Shown here: positions 36,772 to 46,794 of the stretch, piece after piece
Layout: each line of letters opens with the position of its first letter
Position numbering within the stretch: the first letter of the stretch is position 1
From: Gemmatimonadota bacterium
GTDB taxonomy: Bacteria; Gemmatimonadota; Gemmatimonadetes; Gemmatimonadales; GWC2-71-9
NCBI GenBank assembly: GCA_041500125.1
Contig: JBGQLP010000002.1
Location: 92,322-156,321 of the forward strand
Reading direction: 5' to 3'
Length of the DNA stretch: 64,000 nt
Notes under the pieces: model-generated
The model's database searches: none
What the model was told of the DNA's origin: nothing
The model's input: only the letters and a program-made list of their open reading frames with translations
Translations under genes and position numbers: made by a program

Positions 36772-36782
36772 CTTCTCCGCCG

Positions 36783-37265
36783 ATGTCTGCCGACGCGCTG
36801 CTGGCACCGATTCGCGATCACATTGCCGGGCTCGGGTTCGAGCTGGTGGATCTCCGGCGAACCGGCCCGCTACAGCGCCCCATCCTGCAGGTGCGGGTGG
36901 ACCGCCCGGACAGCCGACCTGGCCAGGGAGTGACGGCCGACGACTGTGCGGCCATCAGCCGGTCCCTCGAACGTTTCTTGGAAACCAGGGCTATGGTCGG
37001 GCCCCGGTACGTGTTGGAGGTCTCGTCGCCCGGGTTCGAGCGGCCGCTTAGGTGGCCAGAGCATTGGCGGCGGTTCATCGGACGCGACGCGCGGGTGCGA
37101 GCGAAGTCTCTCCCGGGACGCAGTCGAGTCCGGATTGTTGCGGTTCCTGATGACGAGCACGTCATTGTCCGGCGGGACGACGGCACGGACCTGACGCTCG
37201 CCTTCGATGCGATACGGGAAGCGACATTGGTGGCGGATGTGGAGGTGTTCGGTAAACGGCGGTAG
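36783..37265 (+). CDS. rimP: Ribosome maturation factor RimP
   Basis: 160 aa immediately upstream of nusA. GFELVD..........LRV.VD and LEVSSPG are RimP motifs. Confidence 0.85.
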   Translation: MSADALLAPIRDHIAGLGFELVDLRRTGPLQRPILQVRVDRPDSRPGQGVTADDCAAISRSLERFLETRAMVGPRYVLEVSSPGFERPLRWPEHWRRFIGRDARVRAKSLPGRSRVRIVAVPDDEHVIVRRDDGTDLTLAFDAIREATLVADVEVFGKRR

Positions 37266-37277
37266 GGGGTAAACAGG

Positions 37278-38600
37278 ATGGCAGGTTCGACAGAGATGTT
37301 GGCCGCGTTCCGCGAGCTGACGACGGCAAAACAACTGGAGCGCTCCGATCTGCTGGAGCTCTTGCGCGACGGCATTCACGCCGCACTGGTGCGGAAGTTC
37401 GGCCCCAACGTGCGGTTCGAGCTGAGCGTGGACGAGCTGCAGGGCACCATCAAGGTGGTGCGCCTCAGGCAGGTCGTCGAGGCGGTCGAGGACCCCAGCT
37501 GGCAGATCACGTTGGAGGAGGCCCAGTATGAGGACCCCGACTTCGCGATCGGCGACATGCTCGAGGAAGAGGTCCCGTTCGTGGATTTCGGCCGTCTCGC
37601 GGTGCAGGCTGCCAAGCAGCGCATCATCCAGCGGGTCCGTGAAGGCGAACGGGCCCGGATTCGGGAGGAGTTCGCGTCCAAGGTCGGGGAGCTGCTTTCG
37701 GGTGAGGTGCAGCAGATCGAGCGGGGCAAGTTGGTCATCATGCTGAACAAGTTCCGCGAGGCGGAAGCCATCGTTCCCTACCGGGAGCAGAATCATCGGG
37801 AGCACTTTCATCAGGGCGATACCATCCGGGCCGTGCTCAAGCGGCTGGAGGAGACCCCCAAGGGGCCCCGACTGATCCTGTCCCGGGGCGACCCGCTCTT
37901 CGTCAAGGCGCTCTTCAAGCTCGAAGTCCCCGAGATTCAGCAGCAGGTGGTCGAGATCCGCGCCATCGCTCGCGAAGTGGGCAGCCGGACCAAGGTGGCT
38001 GTGATCTCGCGCGACGACGCGATCGACCCGGTCGGGGCTTGCGTCGGACTCAAGGGATCCCGGGTGCAGGCGGTGGTCAATGAGCTGGGCGGCGAGCGGA
38101 TCGATATCGTGCCCTGGTCGCCCGATCCCGAGCGGTTTGCTCGTCTGGCGTTGGCTCCCGCACGGGTGGCTAAGGTCTTTTCCGATCCCGAGGCCAAGAC
38201 TATCCAGGCGGTGGTAGACGAGGACCAGCTCTCACTGGCCATCGGGCGCAACGGGCAGAACGTCCGGCTCGCCTCCGAGCTCACCGGGTGGAAGATCGAC
38301 CTCTACTCCAGCCGCGAGTGGCTGGAGCGCGGCGGTGAAGGGCCGCTCTTCGCGCCGCTGCCTCCCGAGGAGGAGATGGCCGGCAAGGTGCCCCTCAGCG
38401 AGCTCAAGGGTCTGTCCCCCGATCTCACCGGCATCCTGGAGAGCGCGGGGTACAAGATGCTCAACGACATCCTCGATCTGGAACGCGAGGACATCGCCAA
38501 GATCCCGGGCATGACCCCGGAGACCGCGGACCAGCTGATGGCCTTTCTCTCCGAGCTCACGGATGAAGAGGGCGGCGAGGACGCGCGCCCCAAGGCATGA
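37278..38600 (+). CDS. nusA: Transcription termination/antitermination factor NusA
   Basis: S1 and KH domain sequence (GACVGLKGSRVQAVVNELGGERIDIV, AIGRNGQNVRLASELTGWKIDL) plus a C-terminal HhH repeat. Confidence 0.95.
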   Translation: MAGSTEMLAAFRELTTAKQLERSDLLELLRDGIHAALVRKFGPNVRFELSVDELQGTIKVVRLRQVVEAVEDPSWQITLEEAQYEDPDFAIGDMLEEEVPFVDFGRLAVQAAKQRIIQRVREGERARIREEFASKVGELLSGEVQQIERGKLVIMLNKFREAEAIVPYREQNHREHFHQGDTIRAVLKRLEETPKGPRLILSRGDPLFVKALFKLEVPEIQQQVVEIRAIAREVGSRTKVAVISRDDAIDPVGACVGLKGSRVQAVVNELGGERIDIVPWSPDPERFARLALAPARVAKVFSDPEAKTIQAVVDEDQLSLAIGRNGQNVRLASELTGWKIDLYSSREWLERGGEGPLFAPLPPEEEMAGKVPLSELKGLSPDLTGILESAGYKMLNDILDLEREDIAKIPGMTPETADQLMAFLSELTDEEGGEDARPKA

Positions 38601-38902
38601 GCGGGTTGCTGGGCCTGCTGGGACTGGGCTATCGCGGACGTCGGGTCGTCGTGGGAGTCGATGCGGTGCGCAGGGAATTGCAAGCGGGAAAGTGCTGGTG
38701 CGTGGTCGTGGCGGAAGACGCCAGTCCCCGCGCCGTAGAAAAAGTGGTCCGGCTGGCGAGCGCCAAAGGGGTGCCGTTGCTGCCGGGCCCGTGTGCCGCA
38801 GCGATCGGCGCGCAACTGGGTAAGCCGCCTGTCATGGCGGTAGGCGTGCGGGACCGCGCGTTGGCCGGCGGCATGGTGCAGCTGGCAACCGCACGCTCGT
38901 AA
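38597..38902 (+). CDS. L7Ae/L30e-family RNA-binding protein (YlxQ-like)
   Basis: 101 aa between nusA and infB. GLLGLA.RAG.vv.G...v...l..gk..lvvvA.DAS is the YlxQ pattern. Confidence 0.65.
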   Translation: MSGLLGLLGLGYRGRRVVVGVDAVRRELQAGKCWCVVVAEDASPRAVEKVVRLASAKGVPLLPGPCAAAIGAQLGKPPVMAVGVRDRALAGGMVQLATARS

Positions 38903-38913
38903 CGGAGGAATGA

Positions 38914-41637
38914 GTGGTTAAAACAAGAGTCCACGATCTGGCAGCGGAGTTCGGTGTCGCTCCTGAGCAGCTCCTCAACATGCTCAAGGACATGAACATC
39001 TTTGTGCGCAGCCATCTCTCGGCCCTGGAGAGCGACCAGGTGTCGGCGGTGCGGGTGCGCTGGGAGCGGGAGAAGCGCCGCAGCGCCGATGAGCCGACCG
39101 CCAAGAAAGGCCGCCGCAAGGCTGCCAAGGCGGAGCCCGCCCCGGTCGCGGTTGAGGCCAAGCCGGCCAAGCGGCGCCGTACTGCCGCGGAGGTCGCCCA
39201 GGTCGAGGCCCAGGTCCAGGCGGAGAAAGCCGCCGAGCTGGCCGCCCTGGAGCTGGAGCGCCCGGTCATCCACGAGGTCGAGGAGACCGCCCCTGCTCAG
39301 TCGCTGGAAGAGCGCGCCCGTGCGCTGTTCAAGGATCTGCCGCCTGCTCCGCCGGAGTCCGAGGAGGGCGAAGTCGCCACCGAGGAAGAGCCGGTAAACG
39401 GGGGAGCACCCGAGCCGGCTCTCTTCCGCCCCGCACCGGCGGCACCGGTCCCCAATCGGGCACCATTCATCCCGCCCCGGGTCCAGCGGCCGGCGGCACC
39501 GCCGACCCGCGGCCCCAAGCCGGTCTTCAGCAGCAGCGCGCCCGCGGCTCCCGCACGGCCCAGCAGTCCCTCCCGTCCCGGCGCGCCCGGTCGCCCCGGT
39601 GGCGACCGCCAGGCCCCGGTCCGCACCTTTGGTCCCGATGCGGAGAAGGGAGGCGGCAGGAAGAAGGGGAAGAAGGGCAAGCGTTCATCGGTGGATCAGG
39701 AGGCGGTGCACGCCAACATCCTTCGTACCCTGCAGGGAATGAAGGGTCCGGCAGGACGCAAGGGTCGCCGCACCGACGAGCCTTCTTTCCGCGAGGTCCA
39801 GGCCGGACGTCTGGCCGAGGAACGGGAGCGGGAAAAGACCCTGATCCGGGTCAACGAGTTCGTGTCGGTCTCCGAGCTCGCCACCGCCATGAAGGTGCCC
39901 GCGACCCAGATCGTCCAGTTTGCCTTCAAGGAGCTGGGCCTGATGGTCACGGTGAATCAGCGCCTCGACTTCGACCAGATCGAGCTGATTGCATCTGCCT
40001 TCGGCTTCCAGGCGGTCAAGGAGGATGAGTACGCAGCGGAGGCTGAGCTCGACCAGGCCGAGGAGAGTCCAGAGCAGCTGGTCTCCCGTCCGCCGGTCGT
40101 CACCATCATGGGTCACGTCGACCATGGCAAGACCTCGCTGCTGGACTACGTCCGGAAGGCCAACATCGTCGCGGGCGAAGCGGGCGGGATTACCCAGCAC
40201 ATCGGCGCCTATCACGTGGAGCTGCCCGGGGACAAGGAGATCACCTTCCTGGACACTCCGGGTCACCAGGCCTTCACCGCCATGCGAGCCCGAGGCGCGC
40301 AGGTGACTGACATCGTCGTCCTGGTGGTCGCGGCGGACGACCAGGTCATGCCCCAGACGGTCGAGGCCATCAGCCACGCCAGGAACGCCGGCGTGCCGAT
40401 GATCGTAGCCATCAACAAGATCGACCTGCCCACCGCAAACGTGCCCAAGGTCAAGCAGGATCTCCTGCAGCAGAACGTCGTACTCGAGGAATTCGGCGGC
40501 ACCACCCTTTCCGCCGAGATCTCGGCCAAGAAGGGCACCGGCATCGATCACCTGCTGGAGCAGATCCTGCTGCAGGCAGAGATCCTCGACCTCAAGGCCA
40601 ATCCGAGCGGCAAAGGCCACGGAACCGTCCTCGAGGCCACCCTCGATCCCGGCAAGGGACCGTTGGCCACCATCCTGGTGCAGCGAGGTACCCTGGTCGG
40701 CGGGGACAACTTCATCTGCGGGAAATTTTCCGGACGGGTTCGAGCGCTCTACGACGAGCGGGGCAAGACAGTGAAGGCCGCTGGCCCTTCCATCCCGGTG
40801 CAGATTCTCGGCTTCGAGGGCGTCCCCGCTGCGGGCGACGTCTTTGCCGTGGTGACTGACGCCGTGGAAGCGCGTGACATCGCCCAGAAGCGGCAGCGGC
40901 TCGAGCGCGAGGCGCAGAACCGCCGCAGCGCCAAGGGCACGTCGCTGGAGGACTTCAGCCGAGCCCTCAAGGAAGGCGAAGTCTCCATGCTGCGCATCAT
41001 CATCAAGGCCGACCAGGGTGGTCCGGCGGAGGCCTTGGCCGACGCGCTGGCGCAGCTGACCACCAGCGAGGTGCGGGTGGATGTGGTGCACCGCGGCGTC
41101 GGCGCCATCACGGAGAGTGACATCCTGCTGGCCAAAGCCTCCGGCGCCATCGTCCTTGGCTTCCACGTCCGACCCGATTCCAACGCCCGGTCGGCGGCGG
41201 AGCGGGAGCAGGTGGATGTGCGTACCTACCGCATCATCTATGAAGCGGTTGAAGACGTGCGCAATGCGCTGGAAGGCCTGCTGAAACCGGAGGAGCGGGA
41301 GACCGTACTCGGCGAAGCCGAGGTGCTCCAGCTCTTCAAGGTGAGCAAGGTCGGCACTATCGCCGGATGCACGGTGCGAAGCGGCATCATTCAGCGGACC
41401 GCCAAGGCGCGGATCATCCGGGATGGCTCTCCGATCTACACCGGTGCCCTTTCCAGCCTCAAGCGGTTCAAGGACGACGTGCGCGAGGTGCGGGAAGGAC
41501 TCGAGTGCGGCATCGGGATCGAGAACTTCAACGACCTCAAGGTGGGTGACCGGATCGAGTCGTTCCGGATGGAAGAGATCAAGCGGACGTTGGCCCCGGC
41601 GGCTGGGGAGAGTCGGGAGCTAGGAGCCAGGAGCTAG
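38914..41637 (+). CDS. infB: Translation initiation factor IF-2
   Basis: GGAGG then GTG at 38914. G-domain motifs [17 protein letters not shown] and NKID. Low-complexity N-terminal region. The C-terminal ~14 aa are encoded by a repeat arm. Confidence 0.97.
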   Translation: MVKTRVHDLAAEFGVAPEQLLNMLKDMNIFVRSHLSALESDQVSAVRVRWEREKRRSADEPTAKKGRRKAAKAEPAPVAVEAKPAKRRRTAAEVAQVEAQVQAEKAAELAALELERPVIHEVEETAPAQSLEERARALFKDLPPAPPESEEGEVATEEEPVNGGAPEPALFRPAPAAPVPNRAPFIPPRVQRPAAPPTRGPKPVFSSSAPAAPARPSSPSRPGAPGRPGGDRQAPVRTFGPDAEKGGGRKKGKKGKRSSVDQEAVHANILRTLQGMKGPAGRKGRRTDEPSFREVQAGRLAEEREREKTLIRVNEFVSVSELATAMKVPATQIVQFAFKELGLMVTVNQRLDFDQIELIASAFGFQAVKEDEYAAEAELDQAEESPEQLVSRPPVVTIMGHVDHGKTSLLDYVRKANIVAGEAGGITQHIGAYHVELPGDKEITFLDTPGHQAFTAMRARGAQVTDIVVLVVAADDQVMPQTVEAISHARNAGVPMIVAINKIDLPTANVPKVKQDLLQQNVVLEEFGGTTLSAEISAKKGTGIDHLLEQILLQAEILDLKANPSGKGHGTVLEATLDPGKGPLATILVQRGTLVGGDNFICGKFSGRVRALYDERGKTVKAAGPSIPVQILGFEGVPAAGDVFAVVTDAVEARDIAQKRQRLEREAQNRRSAKGTSLEDFSRALKEGEVSMLRIIIKADQGGPAEALADALAQLTTSEVRVDVVHRGVGAITESDILLAKASGAIVLGFHVRPDSNARSAAEREQVDVRTYRIIYEAVEDVRNALEGLLKPEERETVLGEAEVLQLFKVSKVGTIAGCTVRSGIIQRTAKARIIRDGSPIYTGALSSLKRFKDDVREVREGLECGIGIENFNDLKVGDRIESFRMEEIKRTLAPAAGESRELGARS

Positions 41638-41700
41638 AGGCTCAACCGCCAACAGCCATGCACCTCGCCATTACTACCTGGGACCTCCACCTCCCGGGCT
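41615..41700 (+). repeat. Imperfect inverted pair: GGGAGCTAGGAGCCAGGAGCTAGAGG (covers infB stop) and CCTGGGACCTCCACCTCCCGGGCT (inside DUF503 gene)
   Basis: The left arm is a 7-8 bp purine-rich tandem repeat. The reverse complement of the right arm (AGCCCGGGAGGTGGAGGTCCCAGG) matches it at about 14/19. The arms bracket the ATG at 41658. Confidence 0.5.
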
Positions 41701-41939
41701 GTCATTCCCTGAAGGAGAAGCGCAGCGTGCTCAAGCCGCTGACGTCGGGCCTGCGCCGGACGCTCAACGTGTCGGTGGCGGAAACCGGCCATCAGGACTT
41801 GTGGCAGCGAGCCGAGGTCGTGTGTGCCGCGGTGGGCAGCGACCGCGGGGTCGTCGAGGAGATTCTCCGGGCCGCCGACCGCCTGGTGGAGGAAGCCGAC
41901 GGGGTGCGCATCATGGCTACCGCGACGGTGTTTCGGTGA
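41658..41939 (+). CDS. DUF503 (YlxP-like) protein
   Basis: 93 aa between infB and rbfA. L.LPG..SLKEKR...K is the DUF503 pattern. Confidence 0.75.
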   Translation: MHLAITTWDLHLPGCHSLKEKRSVLKPLTSGLRRTLNVSVAETGHQDLWQRAEVVCAAVGSDRGVVEEILRAADRLVEEADGVRIMATATVFR

Positions 41940-42295
41940 AGGGTTCGTCGCGCCGTCCAGAACAGGTTGGTGAGACCCTCAGGCAGGTCATCACCGACTC
42001 GCTTGCCCGCGAGGTCCGCGATCCCAGGGTCGGCTTCGTCACGGTGACCGCCGTGCTGGTGACCAACGATCTTTCTCACGCGCGGGTCATGGTCAGTGTC
42101 CCGGGCGAAGAGAGCGAGAAAACCCGCGCCATCGAGGGTCTGCAGAGTGCAGCCGGCTTTCTGCGGTCCCGTGCCGCCCGTACTCTCACAACTCGCTCGG
42201 TCCCCCAGCTGCATTTCGAGCTCGACCGAGGACTCCAGCATGCGGCCCGGATCAACGAGCTCTTGAACACCGTACGGCGGGAGGATCAGGACTGA
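41936..42295 (+). CDS. rbfA: Ribosome-binding factor A
   Basis: GTG at 41936 overlaps the DUF503 stop. The sequence RRPEQVGETLRQVI...LRDPRVGFVTVT.V.V..DL..A.V is canonical RbfA. Confidence 0.9.
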   Translation: MKGSSRRPEQVGETLRQVITDSLAREVRDPRVGFVTVTAVLVTNDLSHARVMVSVPGEESEKTRAIEGLQSAAGFLRSRAARTLTTRSVPQLHFELDRGLQHAARINELLNTVRREDQD

Positions 42296-42303
42296 TCGGC
42301 GCG

Positions 42304-43152
42304 GTGCTGGTAGACAAGCCGGCCGGCGTGACCTCGCACGACGTGGTACAGCAGGTTCGGCGCAGGGTCGGGATCCGCGCCGCTGGGCACACCGGCACCC
42401 TCGACCCCTTCGCCACCGGGCTGCTGGTAGTCCTGATTGGAAGGGCAACCCGGCTGGCGCGATTTGTCGAGGCGCAGTCCAAGACCTATCTGGCCACCGC
42501 CCGACTCGGCATCCGCACCACCACCGACGACCTCACAGGAGCTGTGGTGCAAACCGCCGCCGTCATGCCGGCCGAGCCAACCGTGCGGGAGACGTTGGCC
42601 GGATTTCTGGGCGCTCAGGCGCAACAGCCGCCGCAATACTCGGCCAAGCGCGTGGCGGGCGAACGGAGCTATCGCAAGGCCCGGCGGGGCGAGACGGTGG
42701 AGTTGGCGGACGTGAGGGTGACCGTCCACTGGATCGAGTTGGTGAAATATGAGCCGCCTGAGCTCACCTTCCGGGCCGCGGTCAGTGCGGGGACCTACAT
42801 CCGGGCCATCGCCCGGGACCTGGGAGAGCGGCTCGGGGTGGGGGCCCACCTCACCAGCCTGCGCCGGGAAGCGATCGGCTCGCTCCGGGTCGAGGACGCA
42901 GTTCCCCTTGAGCAGGTGGCCCCGTCGCTGGTGCTGCCGGCGCGAAGGGTTTTGCGAGACATGCCGGGGGTCGATCTCGACGACGCAGGGCGCAACGACG
43001 TCATCCATGGACGAGCGGTGGTGGATGCGAGGGCAGCGGGGCAGCGGGGCAGCGGGTCGGAGGTGGCGTTGCTCGCTGCGGGTCACCTCATCGGTGTGGC
43101 TGAGGCAGTGGATGGCTGGCTCAGGCCCAAGGTGGTCCTGGAGACGGTGTGA
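42304..43152 (+). CDS. truB: tRNA pseudouridine(55) synthase TruB
   Basis: LVDKPAGVTSHDVV and GHTGTLDP (catalytic Asp motif). Confidence 0.92.
   Translation: MLVDKPAGVTSHDVVQQVRRRVGIRAAGHTGTLDPFATGLLVVLIGRATRLARFVEAQSKTYLATARLGIRTTTDDLTGAVVQTAAVMPAEPTVRETLAGFLGAQAQQPPQYSAKRVAGERSYRKARRGETVELADVRVTVHWIELVKYEPPELTFRAAVSAGTYIRAIARDLGERLGVGAHLTSLRREAIGSLRVEDAVPLEQVAPSLVLPARRVLRDMPGVDLDDAGRNDVIHGRAVVDARAAGQRGSGSEVALLAAGHLIGVAEAVDGWLRPKVVLETV
43031..43056 (+). repeat. Tandem octamer array (GGCAGCGG x3) inside truB 3' region
   Basis: GGGCAGCGGGGCAGCGGGGCAGCGGG is 24 nt and in frame, encoding AAGQRGSGS within the C-terminal domain. Confidence 0.85.
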
Positions 43153-44120
43153 CTGCAGAGTTGCCCCGCCACCCATCTGCCCCGCTGCCCCCGCTGCCGA
43201 ACGGCACCACCGTCACGGTGGGTTCGTTCGATGGCGTACACCTCGGCCACCAGGCGGTACTCCGGGAGATCGATCGCAGGGCGCGAGCCGCGGGGCGAGC
43301 CAGCGTGCTGGTGACCTTCGATCCCCATCCGCTCGAGGTCGTGAACCCGGAGGCGGCACCGCCGCTTCTCACTACCGGGCCCGAGCGGCTGGAAATTTTG
43401 GCCCTCTCCCCGCTTGATTACGTGGTTCTCCTCCGGTTCGACCGCCACCTGGCCGGTCTCACCCCGGAGGGCTTCGTGCGAGAGGTGCTGCTGGAACGTT
43501 GCGCTGTACGCGAGCTGGTGATCGGTCATGACCACGGGTTCGGGCGGGGACGGAGCGGGGACGTCGAGACCCTACGCCGGCTGGGCGCCGTCCACGGCTT
43601 CGAGGTGGACGTAGTCGATCCGGTCGATTTCGCCGGTCAGCACGTGTCCAGCAGCCGCATCCGCCGAGCCGTGGCTGGCGGCGACCTGGCGTTGGCGGGG
43701 GCGATGTTGGGCCGGCCGTATGGTGTGGTCGGGAGGGTGGGGGAAGGTGAGCGCCGAGGACGCCTCCTCGGCATCCCGACCATCAACTTGAGCGAGCTGT
43801 CACCCAGGAAGCTTCTGCCACCCGATGGGGTCTACGCGGTGCGAGTCGAGTGGCGGGGAGGGAGCGCCGGCGGAATGATGAACCAGGGACCCCGGCCTAC
43901 TTTTCAGGATGGGCGACGAGTACTGGAGGCTCATCTGTTCGGTTTCGAGGGGGACCTGTACGGCGAGTGGGTGCGCATCGAATGGGTTCAGCGCCTGCGA
44001 GACATCGAACGGTTTGATTCCGTGGAGCATCTGAAGAAACAGTTGCAGCACGATCGTATGCGAGCCGAGGCGGTGCTGGCCGAGGCTCCAACCAACACTA
44101 GCCGCGTGTCACACGCCTGA
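43149..44120 (+). CDS. ribF: Bifunctional riboflavin kinase / FMN adenylyltransferase
   Basis: VGSFDGVHLGHQ, GHDH.FG, and the C-terminal riboflavin kinase PTIN...GVY. Confidence 0.92.
   Translation: MTAELPRHPSAPLPPLPNGTTVTVGSFDGVHLGHQAVLREIDRRARAAGRASVLVTFDPHPLEVVNPEAAPPLLTTGPERLEILALSPLDYVVLLRFDRHLAGLTPEGFVREVLLERCAVRELVIGHDHGFGRGRSGDVETLRRLGAVHGFEVDVVDPVDFAGQHVSSSRIRRAVAGGDLALAGAMLGRPYGVVGRVGEGERRGRLLGIPTINLSELSPRKLLPPDGVYAVRVEWRGGSAGGMMNQGPRPTFQDGRRVLEAHLFGFEGDLYGEWVRIEWVQRLRDIERFDSVEHLKKQLQHDRMRAEAVLAEAPTNTSRVSHA
43177..43198 (+). repeat. Inverted partner arm CTGCCCCGCTGCCCCCGCTGCC inside ribF 5' region
   Basis: The reverse complement GGCAGCGGGGGCAGCGGGGCAG matches the array at 43031-43056. 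It encodes SAPLPPLP in RibF. Confidence 0.85.
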
Positions 44121-44134
44121 GAGCCTGATTCACG

Positions 44135-45790
44135 ATGTTCTCATCCATTCGTTCGCGACTGCTGATCATCGGCCTTCTGGTCACCGCCTCGGTGTACTTC
44201 CTTTTCCCCCGGGACATTACCACCCGTGAGCCCGGCCCGAACGGGGTCATGCATGACGTCACCGTCACGCGGGTACCTCTCAAGCGCGGCCTCGATCTTC
44301 AGGGCGGCATGCATCTCGCCCTCGAGCTGGATCAGTCCAAGCAGGTTTCCGCCGATCCCAAGAAGGATCTCGACCTCGCTTTGACCGTGCTGCGGAAGCG
44401 GATCGACGAGTTCGGGGTGGAGGAGCCACTGGTCCAGAAAGTGGGTGACAGCCGGATTGTGGTGGAGCTCGCCGGCATCACCGATCCAGCCCGGGCCAAA
44501 GGCATCGTGCAGCGGAGCGCCTTCCTCGAATTCAAGATCACCGACAAGACCGGGGCGCTGGAGAAGTCGCTCTCCGCCATGGATCGCACCCTGCGAAATC
44601 TCGGCGTCAAGGGCGAGAACCAGCCGGAGAAGCCGTCCGCGGTCCAACAGCTGCTCGGTGGCGACACTGCCCATGCCGGGCGGAAGGACAGCACCGCCAA
44701 GGACACAGCGGCCGTGATCGGCGGCGTCCTGAGTGGCCTGATTCAACCTTCCGGCGCCGCCGGCGCGGGCGGCCTGCCCGGCGAGTACGCGGTTCCCGAG
44801 CCCGCCTACCCTCGAGTCGATAGTCTGCTGAGCATCCCGGCGGTGGCCCGCCAGCTGCCGCGGGGCATCACCCTACGCTGGAGTGCTTCCCCCACCAGCT
44901 TGGGGGTGCAGCCGGTGCGCTTTCTGTATGCGCTGGATGAAAAGAGCATCGTCACCGGCAGCAACTTGGTCGACGCCAAAGCCACGTTGGACCCGCTCAC
45001 CAACGGACCCATCGTCACCTTCGAGCTGGACCGTGCCGGCGGCCGCAAGTTCGGAGAAGAGACCGGGAAGCATGTCGGCGACTACATGGCCATTCTGCTG
45101 GATGGCAAGGTGCAGGGGCGCCCCCCGGTCATTCAGAGCCGGATCGGGCGCAATGGTCAGATCACGCTCGGCGGCAAGACTCTGCAAGAGGCCCAGGACT
45201 TGGCCCTCACGCTCAAGGCGGGCGCGCTGCCCATTCCGCTCAAGATTGTGGAGGAGCGGCAGGTGGGAGCCAGTCTGGGCAGTGATTCCATTCACAAGGG
45301 GATCACCGCCGGCGTCGTAGGCACCGCACTCGTCATCCTCATCATGCTGGTCTTCTACCGGTTGAGCGGAGTGCTGGCAGTGGTCGCGCTCGCGCTGTAC
45401 ATCCTGTTCACCCTCGGCGGCCTGTCGATGGTGAATGCGACACTCACCCTGCCTGGCCTGGCCGGGATCGTGCTCTCCATCGGCATCGCGGTGGACGCGA
45501 ACGTCCTGATCTTCGAGCGGATCCGGGAGGAACTGTTGCATGGCAAGACGGTACGGCTCGCGATCGACGAAGGCTTCAAGCACGCCATGAACGCCATTGT
45601 AGACTCCAACGTCTGCACTGTGCTCACGGCGCTCTTCCTCTTCCAGTTCGGCACCGGGCCGGTCAAGGGATTCGCCGTCACGCTTATCTTGGGTATCATC
45701 GCCTCCATGATCACCGCGGTCTTCGTGACCCGGACCTTTTTCATGATCTGGCTGCAGCGTCGGCCCGCCATGTCCACCTTGAGCATCTGA
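44135..45790 (+). CDS. secD: Protein translocase subunit SecD
   Basis: LGLDLQGG, a large periplasmic domain, and the C-terminal 6-TM region with IGIAVDANVLIFERIREE. Confidence 0.95.
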   Translation: MFSSIRSRLLIIGLLVTASVYFLFPRDITTREPGPNGVMHDVTVTRVPLKRGLDLQGGMHLALELDQSKQVSADPKKDLDLALTVLRKRIDEFGVEEPLVQKVGDSRIVVELAGITDPARAKGIVQRSAFLEFKITDKTGALEKSLSAMDRTLRNLGVKGENQPEKPSAVQQLLGGDTAHAGRKDSTAKDTAAVIGGVLSGLIQPSGAAGAGGLPGEYAVPEPAYPRVDSLLSIPAVARQLPRGITLRWSASPTSLGVQPVRFLYALDEKSIVTGSNLVDAKATLDPLTNGPIVTFELDRAGGRKFGEETGKHVGDYMAILLDGKVQGRPPVIQSRIGRNGQITLGGKTLQEAQDLALTLKAGALPIPLKIVEERQVGASLGSDSIHKGITAGVVGTALVILIMLVFYRLSGVLAVVALALYILFTLGGLSMVNATLTLPGLAGIVLSIGIAVDANVLIFERIREELLHGKTVRLAIDEGFKHAMNAIVDSNVCTVLTALFLFQFGTGPVKGFAVTLILGIIASMITAVFVTRTFFMIWLQRRPAMSTLSI

Positions 45791-45791
45791 C

Positions 45792-46775
45792 ATGCTGAGA
45801 CTCTTTTCCAACGCGAAGTATGACTTCATCAGTCTCCGGCATTACGCCTACGGACTTACCGCTGCCATTCTCCTTCCGGGCCTCATTTTCCTGCTGGCGA
45901 AAGGGCTGAACTACAGCATCGAGTTCACCGGGGGGACGCTGCTCCAGATCCAGAGCAAGAGGCCGGTGAACGTGGCGGAGCTGCGAACCGGACTCGACCG
46001 CCAGGGCCTGCACGGGGCTGAGATCCAGCAATTCGGCGCGGAGAACGAGTACGTCATTCGGGCCCGAGTGGCCAAGGCGGGGAGCGACGCCAACGACACC
46101 CAGGCCACGGCCGATGCGGTGCGCCACGCGCTCGACGCCGTGCTGGGTACGGGCAACTACACGGTGCTCCGCACCGAGGCTGTGGGACCCAAGGTCGGAG
46201 GAGAGCTCCGGCAGAAGGCGTTCCTGGCCATCTTCCTCTCCTTCTTTGCCGTGCTGGCCTATCTCGCGTACCGGTTCGAGTGGCGCTTCGGACTCGCTGC
46301 CGTGATCGCTACCGCGCACGACATTCTCGCGACCATTGCGTTTATCGGGGTGCTGCGGCTGGAAGTGAGTCTCACCGTGGTTGCGGCCGTGCTCTCCATG
46401 GTGGGCTACTCGCTCAACGACACCATCATCATCTTCGACCGGGTGCGAGAGAACCTGCACCGGCACAAGCATGACACCTTCGAGCAGATTCTGAACCGCT
46501 CGATCAACGAGACCCTTCCGCGCAGCGTGCTCACGCACGGGACCACCATGTCCAGCCTCATCGCCCTGACCATCTTTGGCGGCGAGGTGATTCGCCCGTT
46601 TGCGCTGGTCATGCTCTTCGGCGTGTTCACCGGAACCTTCTCTTCCATCTACATTGCCTCGCCCGTCCTCATGGCGATCGAGAAGCGCTGGCCCGGTCCC
46701 GCCGCGCGGGGACACCTGGGTCCCCGGAAGGCCACGCCTCCGGCGCCGAGCCGGAAGCCGCAGACGGTGGGGTGA
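45792..46775 (+). CDS. secF: Protein translocase subunit SecF
   Basis: GLNYSIEFTGGT and GYSLNDTIIIFDRVREN motifs, directly after secD. Confidence 0.95.
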   Translation: MLRLFSNAKYDFISLRHYAYGLTAAILLPGLIFLLAKGLNYSIEFTGGTLLQIQSKRPVNVAELRTGLDRQGLHGAEIQQFGAENEYVIRARVAKAGSDANDTQATADAVRHALDAVLGTGNYTVLRTEAVGPKVGGELRQKAFLAIFLSFFAVLAYLAYRFEWRFGLAAVIATAHDILATIAFIGVLRLEVSLTVVAAVLSMVGYSLNDTIIIFDRVRENLHRHKHDTFEQILNRSINETLPRSVLTHGTTMSSLIALTIFGGEVIRPFALVMLFGVFTGTFSSIYIASPVLMAIEKRWPGPAARGHLGPRKATPPAPSRKPQTVG

Positions 46776-46794
46776 GGACGCGGGGCTCCCCGCC

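Noticed and set aside
39685-41166. 493-aa minus-strand ORF
   Set aside because: It is antisense to the infB G-domain region. It has no recognisable motifs and a high-GC artefact composition.
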